A stretch of DNA of 63,258 nucleotides, the filler included, from Gonapodya sp. JEL0774 (lineage: Eukaryota), in NCBI GenBank assembly GCA_027604505.1. It is 23 parts of 23 records of this genome, joined end to end, with 100 filler letters (N's around TTAATTAATTAA, not from the genome) between each part and the next. Parts side by side here need not be neighbours in the genome. Positions count along the whole stretch, not along the records: positions 55,129 to 57,773 come from JADIIX010001785.1; positions 57,874 to 60,516 come from JADIIX010001786.1; positions 60,617 to 63,258 come from JADIIX010001787.1; 20 more parts are not named here. One strand, 5' to 3'. Numbering within the stretch: position 1 is the stretch's first letter; every line of letters begins with the position of its first letter. The notes beneath the pieces are model-generated. The model worked only from the letters and a program-made list of their open reading frames with translations, was not told where the DNA came from and made no database searches. Shown here piece by piece: positions 55,774 through 63,258 of this stretch. The position numbers and the translations under genes are program-made.

Positions 55774-56237
55774 TAGCGCATCTGGATAGCTGCTTTGTAC
55801 TGTTGATCTCGGTCCTCCTCACTTGCGTTCTCTTCCTTGCGCTTTCCTTGGCTGCGGATTAAGTCCGTCTCCAATTTGACACGGTCTAAAAAGTTGCGAG
55901 TTCTTTCGCGATATATGTTGCGATACTCGCTCACCATTGTGTTGAGACGGTCGTCGTCATATACGTGATGGTCAATCCGTTCCGGATCATCTACAAATGG
56001 AAGCCATGTACCGACAGATGCCACAAATATGTCAAAGAGAGGGTCTCGAGATCGTATGGCCTTTGCCATGTCTCGGGCATCTTCCTCCGACGAAGCGACG
56101 TATCGAATTTTCACCATAGTTTCCTTGGAACGTTGGCGACTATTTGTAGGTCCAACAAAAGATATGAGGACATATTTCTGACCTGGAATAGGGGGATCGG
56201 CTGTGGCAGCTTCGTACTTTGTGTTCGTGTTCTCCAT
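55602..56237 (-). CDS. Conserved NCLDV uncharacterised protein (DUF5832-like)
   Basis: DPPIPGQKYVLISFVGP...MVKIR...EEDARDMAKAIRSRDPLFDIFVASVGTWLP...YDDDRLNTMV fits a motif series I recall from large DNA viruses. ATG at 56237 follows an A-rich leader. Confidence 0.7.
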   Translation of the reverse strand: MENTNTKYEAATADPPIPGQKYVLISFVGPTNSRQRSKETMVKIRYVASSEEDARDMAKAIRSRDPLFDIFVASVGTWLPFVDDPERIDHHVYDDDRLNTMVSEYRNIYRERTRNFLDRVKLETDLIRSQGKRKEENASEEDRDQQYKAAIQMRYSIYKLKTHVDARSAELKALTIKYGDDFPEDVRETVDSIDLPSIDEVSAEHDTPSSS

Positions 56238-56307
56238 CTTATTTTCCTTTTCTACGTTATCGCGATACAAAAAAAATTCATCTGTGTCGATGTTTTTGTG
56301 ACGACGT

Positions 56308-57183
56308 TCATGTCTCTGGAGACAATCCGAAAGTCACCGTTCCAATCCCCCCATTGAGCTGATATGCAAGAACCAGCGGTTTGTCATTTTGCAAGGTCAC
56401 GAAGACCTTGGACGCAATGGCTGTGCATTTGGCAAAGTCCATCAGCGTTTTTAAAGCGAATTTTCCACGAGCTGGATCACTACGATCTTCCTCCAAGTTG
56501 TCCACAGTTATGTGACGTTGTAATAGTGTTCCCGCCCCAGTGAAGACCACACGATTACGCGTCGCCAGTATGTCGACGACAGTCGCCTTAGTAGTTTGCA
56601 TTTTCTTGCACCACTCGTGCAACTCTGCGCTGGATAATTTGAATGGTGACACAGATGGTAAGTCGCCTCGGTAATCACTTGCCAATGTGTTTTTTAGAGT
56701 GAGGAAGCTCATTTCAACACCACATTGACGTTCAGCGCGCTTGTCCTCTACCATGCAACATAGTTTGTCTGTCTGCAGTTCGTCAAACTGAAAGATTATG
56801 GTGTCTTCAGCGGCAAGACTTTTGAAAAATCGCTGGAACAATTGAACATCGATCCCCAAGTTGTGATCACCTTCACAGTGATAATGGGGATCAAGCGACT
56901 CTGAATAGAGCGCCAGGCTCACATATGATCGTTCTTTTACATCCAATGCCTTAATCTTGACTCCCGAAGGCGTCAACATGAGACGAGCCTCGGTAAACTT
57001 GTGCAGAGCGTTGAACATATTTTTCCAAAGAGAAGCGCTTCCAACTCGGGCGCGAAACTTCACAGAAGGCGGAAAAGTGTTTGAATCAACAGCAGTAGGA
57101 GCCAATGAAACAATTGCACCTCCATTATCTGATGGAAGAAGAGCCACGGCGGGTGAAGAGTTTTTGCGTGTCTGTCTCGTCAT
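56308..57183 (-). CDS. Divergent, intronless PCNA sliding clamp of viral type
   Basis: FRARVGSASLWKNMFNALH...GVKIKALD...YVSLALYSESL..YHCEGDHNLGIDVQLFQRFFK...LSSAELHEWCKKM...GKFALKTLMDFAKCTAIASKV...DKPLVLAYQL.GIGTVTFGLSP. PCNA fold pattern but far from conserved fungal PCNA. Confidence 0.85.
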   Translation of the reverse strand: MTRQTRKNSSPAVALLPSDNGGAIVSLAPTAVDSNTFPPSVKFRARVGSASLWKNMFNALHKFTEARLMLTPSGVKIKALDVKERSYVSLALYSESLDPHYHCEGDHNLGIDVQLFQRFFKSLAAEDTIIFQFDELQTDKLCCMVEDKRAERQCGVEMSFLTLKNTLASDYRGDLPSVSPFKLSSAELHEWCKKMQTTKATVVDILATRNRVVFTGAGTLLQRHITVDNLEEDRSDPARGKFALKTLMDFAKCTAIASKVFVTLQNDKPLVLAYQLNGGIGTVTFGLSPET

Positions 57184-57249
57184 CTTACGCGCAATGGAAC
57201 AACAAAAAATGTTTTTTCTTTTTTTTGGGGATAAACGTTCATTCACCCT

Positions 57250-57773
57250 CCCCCCATCCCATCCTGAAGTAGTTTTCCAACAGTTTCAGAATGCAGATCC
57301 CATTCCATCCTCATCCCTCATCCCGAAAGACTTTTCGAAAAGTTTCAGAATGTCGAATCCCCATCCTCATCCCTTATCCTGCAAGAGATTTCGAAAAGTC
57401 TTGGAATCTCTGATCCCATCCTCATCCCGCGTCCCGAAAGAGTTTCGAAAAGTTTCAGAATGCAGATCCCATCCTCATCCCTCATCCCTCACACATTCTC
57501 TGATCCCATCCTCATCCTCATCCCTCATCCCGAAAGAGGTTTCGAAAAGTCTTGGAATCTCTGATCCCATCCTCATCGCCATCCCCATCCCGGATGAGAT
57601 TTCGAAAAGTTTCAGAATCTCTGATCCCATCCTCATCCCCATCCCATCCTGGATGAGATTTCGAAAAGTTTCAGAATCTTGATCCCATCCTCATCCCCAT
57701 CCCCATCCCGGATGAGATTTCGAAAAGTTTCAGAATCTCTGATCCCATCCTCATCCCCATCCCCATGCCGGAT
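57250..57773. repeat. Tandem array of 55-60 bp units with a palindromic core
   Basis: Seven copies of TTTCGAAAAGT (about 57333, 57389, 57443, 57540, 57600, 57659, 57718) plus one degenerate copy (about 57272), separated by (CATCCT/CATCCC)n; the array runs off the contig end. Confidence 0.95.
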
Positions 57774-57921
57774 NNNNNNNNNNNNNNNNNNNNNNNNNNN
57801 NNNNNNNNNNNNNNNNNTTAATTAATTAANNNNNNNNNNNNNNNNNNNNNNNNNNNNNNNNNNNNNNNNNNNNGGGGCGGTTCCGCAGGAGCGAACCTGG
57901 GTCGGTGGCAGCCCGGTTGTC

Positions 57922-60516
57922 ATGAGCCCTGAGCGTGGGCAGGGCGGAGGAGCAGAAAGAGAGCAAGGGACTAAAAATTTATCCGATCATGACCGTCTGG
58001 GTATAGGTGGACCAGGCGCTGTTAAGGAGAACCTGCAACCGCTGGATACAAACACCTCCTCTCAACAATATTCCAGCTCTCTGAATGGCTCTCCCACATC
58101 CCTCTTTCACGGAAGTTCTTTTTCGGTCTCGGCACCGTCGCGGCACAATACAACCCGATCCCTCCCTGACCCTGACCCCTACATGTTCGACTCGGCGGAA
58201 GCGGAAGCTGACTGGTTCTCTGCGCAGGAGCACATGCCTGTTCAGCTACTCGCACAAACACCGTCTCAGGGACATTTATTTTTGCATGCACAATCTGTAG
58301 GATCCATGTTTGGCTCCGACGGACTTTCGTCAACTTTGGTGTGGGACCCTCTTCTCCCTGCCCCTCCGACCGAAGCTCCGGCTGTCTTGGACAAGGAAGC
58401 CGAGAGCCGACTGACAGAAGAGATTGAAAAAGTGTTTTCGGTGGGTCGTGTAAAAGTTGAAATGGCGTTTCCACCATGGGAACGACCTAACCCAACAATT
58501 CATTGCCTTTCCAAAGTCCCTTCTGCCTACACGGGACTCTATACGGCGACGTATCTCGTTCCGCGATAAGCTACAACGTCTAGTGGACGAAGAATGGCCT
58601 GAAAGAGGAGGTGCCGTGGAGTTGTTTGGGTAAGTTGTCTTCGCACCCGTCCGTTGTTCCATACATCCTCAATCACCCTCCTCGTCAACGAAACAAACTC
58701 AGCTCATCAACTAATGGCTTGGGTACACACTCGTCAGATGTGGATGTGTGCCTCTTGATGGATCTGCCACATGGCGGCGGGAAACAGGAGGGCATCGGCT
58801 TCATGAACGACATGGCAGAAATTCTGCGACGACGTGAGTCTTCACTACAGCTCCAGGACTGTCAACAGACACAAACTCGCAGTGTGGCTCAAATCGTGCT
58901 GTCCTTCCAGATGGGATGACCAAGATTAAGGTTATTCCTGCGAGAGTAGCCATTTGCAAGTTTATCGACCCCGAATTGTGAGCGTGCCAGAATCTTTTTT
59001 GCCGTTCCTCCCCACCATCTATTCTTCCAGGTTCATTGCTGTGAATTTCTTCCCCGACTTAGCAATCTTGCGTGCGACATTAACCTCAACACCCGAATAT
59101 CACTCCGCAACACTGAACTAGTGCGTTCATATGTGGCGATTGATCCGAGAGTGCGGACGCTTTGCATGATGGTCAAGTACTGGGCGAAGCGGAGGCAGTT
59201 GAACGATGGTACGTTGATATTCTGAGGGCAGGTGGCTTGTACTCACAACGTTTTGGCTTCCACTTCCTTGTGCTCTTGTCGGCGTCGTATCTTCACGCAG
59301 CGGCAATGGGTGGAACACTCTCCAGCTATTGCTGGGTTATGATGGCTGTCAACTACCTGCAGCTCCTCTCCCCACCCATTCTCCCCTCCCTGCAGGTGTA
59401 CCGCGCACCGGACTTGGACCCTGAAGCGACCAACCCATCAACTTCTATCGTAGATGGTGTAGATACGACATTCTTCACGGATGTGGAGCACTTGCAAGGG
59501 TTTGGGGAGGATAATCCTGCATCCGCCGCGAGTCTGTTGTACGGATTTTTCAAAAAGTATGCTGTGGACTTCGACTACGCACGGGATGTTGTATCAGTGC
59601 GAACCGGCTCGGTACTCTCAAAGAGACAAAAACGGTGGGATAGGGATGCTGACCGATTATGCAACATTCTGTGTGTGGAGGAACCCTTCAACCCTTCCCG
59701 GAACTTAGCGAACTCTGCAGATCGCCCTTGCGTGGCGGGTATTCGAGCCGAGTTTCGAAGAGCGTTGGAGGTCTTAGGTCTTACAGGGAGCCTGGAGGCA
59801 TGTTGTGAACCGTTCACAGGATTGGGTACCGTGCCCCTCGACGCAGGGGGCGAGCCGCTGGACAGAACGGGGGAAGATACATGGGATGCCGAGAAAAAGC
59901 ATGGAATGGATGATAACATCCATGACGAGAGGCCCCATCCTCACCAACCAAAAGCAGGCCAGCCACTCGCCCCACATCCACCACACCTTCGATCGGCATC
60001 TGCGCCACCGAGTCCGCCCCCATATGCCCGTATGACACATTTTACTCCCACTTACTCTCCTTCAGGACTCCTGTACAATCGACCCAACGCCCGTTTTCCG
60101 GCATTGTCCGCTGCTTATGCCGCCCAGGCGCAAGCCCGAAGCTACGTTCCCGTCACCGGTCCGTTGATGTATCACGGACAATCAGACGAGTCAGTTTGGT
60201 ACGGAGGGTATCCCTCCATTCTACCCCCTGGCGTTGTGGCTGGTGCTCACGGTCAAGCACCTCAAGTGTACGCTGTGACAGGCTCGGGGGCGAGGGAGAG
60301 GACACGGCATGGTGGAAACACGTACTATCCGATTGGGTTTAGGGAAGGGCAAGAAAGGGATAGAGAGAGGGATCGAGCGAAAGAGAGGGAAAGGGAGCGA
60401 GAAACTGGGATCCGAAGGCGCGATACATTGCCAAGTGACTACACACGGCCACACGGAGGCCAAGTTGGAGACAGTAGGGATCGCATGATGAACGGTGCTG
60501 ATAATAGCAGACCGAC
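57922..60516 (+). CDS. Non-canonical poly(A)/(C,U) RNA nucleotidyltransferase, Cid13/CutA-like, multi-exon
   Basis: VELFG|SSTNGLGTHSSDVDVCL, ARVAICKFIDP, CDINLN, VKYWAKRRQLND, GGTLSSYCWVMMAVNYLQ, LCVEEPFNPSRNLANSAD. Confidence 0.9.
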
Positions 60517-60616
60517 NNNNNNNNNNNNNNNNNNNNNNNNNNNNNNNNNNNNNNNNNNNNTTAATTAATTAANNNNNNNNNNNNNNNNNNNNNNNNNNNN
60601 NNNNNNNNNNNNNNNN

Positions 60617-61743
60617 TTAAGCAAACTAAAGCAGACCAGGTTGTGTTTGTGAGGGAGTTGGGCAAGGGGAAGCTTATTGCAGGAGGACATGTGGATGACT
60701 TTCTTGTTATTGCTCCAAGTGACTCTGTATTGAAGGACTTTGCATCTGAGCTTGCACAGCATCTGAAGATCAAAGCTGGTGTACTGGATACATTCCTTGG
60801 TGTGGAAGCCAAGCAGGATGCAGCAACTGGAACCATCACCATACACCACCAGCGCAAGATTGTTGATCTCCTTTCAGATTACAGCATGCTTGACTCAAGA
60901 CCAGTGAGCACACCACTGCAGCCAAACATTGAGCTTTCACGTGCAGATTGTCCACAGACTGCAGCAGAGAAGGAAGGAATTGATGGCAAGGCGTACAGGA
61001 GTGGAATTGGAAGTCTGATGCACATCACTGCAATGACACGGCCAGACATTTGCACTGCAGTCAAGCTCTTGTCTGAAGCATTGGACAACCCAAGCAAGAA
61101 GCATGTGGATGCTTTCCATTGGTTGCTGAGGTACTTAAATGGCACAAGGGGACATGGGATCACATATTATGGACAGAAGGATCCAAGGAGGAGAGTGTTG
61201 GAAAAGGGAGAGAATTTGCAGGGATTTGCAGCAGAACCATTCATGGGACACTATGATGCAGATTGGGCGCGGGATGTGTATGACAGGAAGTCCAGATATG
61301 GCTATGTGTTCATGATGTCAGGGGGAGCTGTTTCATGGTGGAGTGGGAAGCAGGATGTTGTTGCAACTTCGACCACACATGCAGAGTACATTGCACAAGA
61401 CTATGCAGTGAGGGAGCTTCTGTGGATCAAGCAGTTTCTACTGGAGTTGGGTTTCCCTCTCAAGGATGCAATCACTGTTGGCTCCAGTTCTGTGCAGCCT
61501 GTTCCTGTCTTGATGGGTGACAACCAAGGAGCTTTATCACTAGCACGGAATCCAGTGTCTCACAAACAGTCAAAGCACATTGATGTCAAGTATCATTTCA
61601 TCAGGGAGCAGCTGCAGAAGAAGGTGTTGAAGTTGGTTTACTGTCCTACCAAGAGTAACACAGCAGATGTGATGACCAAACCATTGGCAAAGCCGGACTT
61701 TGAAAGGCACTGTTTGGCAATGGGAGTGTCTGGGGTTGTGTAG
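60617..61743 (+). mobile_element. Ty1/Copia pol 3' end (RT and RNase H), open frame
   Basis: HVDDFLV, YRSGIGSLM..TRPDI, YDADWA..DRKS..GYVF, STTHAEYIA, DNQGA, SKHIDVKYHFIRE, ADVMTKPL. Confidence 0.96.
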
Positions 61744-61781
61744 CTGGGTGGTGGAAACCAAAGACTGAAGTGTTTAGTTTC

Positions 61782-61987
61782 AGGGGGAGTGTGAAGTCTT
61801 GGAGAGACTGGGTGAGGATTGGCCATGGTGCCACATTGTTGGTATACTTGAGATTTGGGTTCTATGGGACATTTGGTGAAGTAGTTGGATGAGTCATAGC
61901 TGTGGCCTACAGGCCACAGCAACTCGAGTACATAAAAGCAGCCCATTTTCCCATGTAGTGTGTGTGAATTCCAGAGACATTTCAACA
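61782..61987 (+). repeat. Polypurine tract (AGGGGGAG) and 3' LTR of about 198 bp (61790-61987)
   Basis: PPT directly followed by TGTGAAG...TTTCAACA (TG..CA ends); TATA-like CATAAAA at about 61931. Confidence 0.75.
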
Positions 61988-62739
61988 GTGATGCAATCAG
62001 TTGCACCAGAATCAACTAAAAATCTGCAAGATCTGCTGGCTACTGCAGGAAGGCATGAGCATTCAATGCTAAAGGTTGACCCCTTGGACACAACGTAGAA
62101 ACATGAGCAAGAGACCCAAATTGGGCTCTTATCTGCCTCAAAACTCTGTAAAATTTGGGACTTAGCCGTTTGATTCTCCCCTCCCCGATGGCCCCAAAAG
62201 CAAAAGTCTAAGGGGGGTTGGGGCCCCCTGGGGTGTTGAGATGAATGTTGGGTTACTTATCTATATTTTCTCTGTGCACACAACTGAGCCTACAAATTAT
62301 ACCCTTCACCACACCCAGATTGACATACAAGCCTTTTCCCAACTGTCCTTACATTCCTGAGAACATCCAAACTTGACATGGGGGGGAGGTGGGGGTTTTG
62401 ACCCCCCATGACCTGCCACGAGCCGGAGGGGAGGGAGCCCCACGCAGTGGCTGCTTGTAACGGCGCTGCGCCACACTGCCATTTGAATACTGATAAACAT
62501 CCTCTGTATATTCCTCCTCGTCTACATTGCCATCTATCTCATATCCATTCTCATACTCCTCTTCCGTGAAGTGGACCCTGGTGTGGTAACCACCATGATC
62601 ATTTCCCCTCCAGGATCCTCCTCGGGGTCCACCACAGTTCCCAGTACCTCTGTAGATGTCTCTGGTACTCCACAGGTACCACCACCCCTAAAACCTCCAA
62701 ATCTCGCCTGTATTCCACTCGCAAACTTGACTGGTGTGG

Positions 62740-63258
62740 CGCAGTCACGACCAAAAAGTCTGTACCCCAGACAATGGTTGCACCTTTCAAACATTGGCCC
62801 CAACCACCAATTTCCATCCGTGCTCCACCACGTTCACCTCTGTGCCTGTGAGTTGATCGCAAATTTCGGCACCTTGGAGAGAGCTGGTGATTTTGGCAAC
62901 TTTGGTTAGTGGTGAATCAGAGGACATGGTAAAACGATCATAGAGGTACCCTTGAAGAAGATCCGTGTTTTGTCTGATGGTGGGAGTGCTCCACCTGTTG
63001 CTTGGAACGTGTTTTGGGGTTTGCTGAATATGTTGAGGTAGTCAGAGACTGTACCATCCATCCGCACATCCTCCAGTGCCAAACATTTGCTGAACTCTTC
63101 GGCCTTTTGATTTCCATGATATGTTGTTTTCAATCGCTCCCATAACTGTTGGAACTCCAAACTTGTCTTTTCTCACACACGACACACTACATGGGAAAAT
63201 GGGCTGTTTATATGTACCTTCACCTGCTGTGCCACACAGGCCACAGTGATGACTCATC
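62740..63258 (-). mobile_element. Second, degenerate Copia copy in opposite orientation (LTR part plus gag remnant)
   Basis: Reverse complement of 63170-63258 matches the LTR at 61888-61968 (GATGAGTCAT..CTGTGGCCT...CAGCCCATTTTCCCATGTAGTGTGT). It is followed by gag-like LWERLKTTY...TVSDYL and a broken knuckle CNHCLGYRLFGRDC. Confidence 0.75.

Noticed and set aside
56957..57682. 241-aa plus-strand ORF with repeated FRKVSE/IPSSS peptides
   Set aside because: It is antisense to PCNA and then reads through the DNA tandem array; no evidence it is a real protein.
57250..57773. CRISPR-like appearance of palindromic repeats with spacers
   Set aside because: The inter-core segments are themselves near-identical CATCC repeats, not unique spacers. 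There are no cas genes and the context is eukaryotic/viral.
52383..57773. Virus-encoded or virus-adjacent tRNA synthetase (CysRS beside NCLDV genes)
   Set aside because: CysRS is intron-rich, host-like and on a different contig across a linker.
62100..62470. G/C-run hairpins and a CAGCGCCG end suggesting a hAT/MITE terminus
   Set aside because: No matching second terminal inverted repeat or target-site duplication found.

Overview
The window is not one locus. It is 23 unrelated genomic contigs of about 2.64-2.67 kb, sorted by decreasing length and joined by 100-nt artificial linkers (N44-TTAATTAATTAA-N44), so neighbourhood is meaningful only inside a contig. Most contigs hold partial, intron-rich (GT-AG, about 50-100 nt) genes of a fungus that is very probably zoosporic (chytrid-like), because it encodes the flagellar dynein-docking protein ODAD4/TTC25 and a vinculin-family protein. 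Other recognisable genes are an APC amino-acid permease, a double-dsRBD protein, a peroxisomal ABCD transporter, two tandem P450s, LysRS, an O-fucosyltransferase-like protein, a C2H2 factor, a globin, a VASt/LAM lipid-transfer protein, CysRS, a Cid13/CutA-like nucleotidyltransferase, an orphan Gag ORF and Ty1/Copia elements. Two observations stand out. (1) Contig 55129-57773 looks like giant-virus (Nucleocytoviricota) DNA: three packed intronless genes (SF2 helicase, conserved NCLDV-type protein, divergent PCNA) beside a palindromic tandem array with a unit of about 59 bp. It lacks the CpG depletion seen in the host transposons. (2) LysRS appears to splice in frame, via a Pro/Ala linker, into an eEF1B GEF domain, a candidate synthetase-elongation-factor fusion. 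All family calls come from motif recognition, not database searches.
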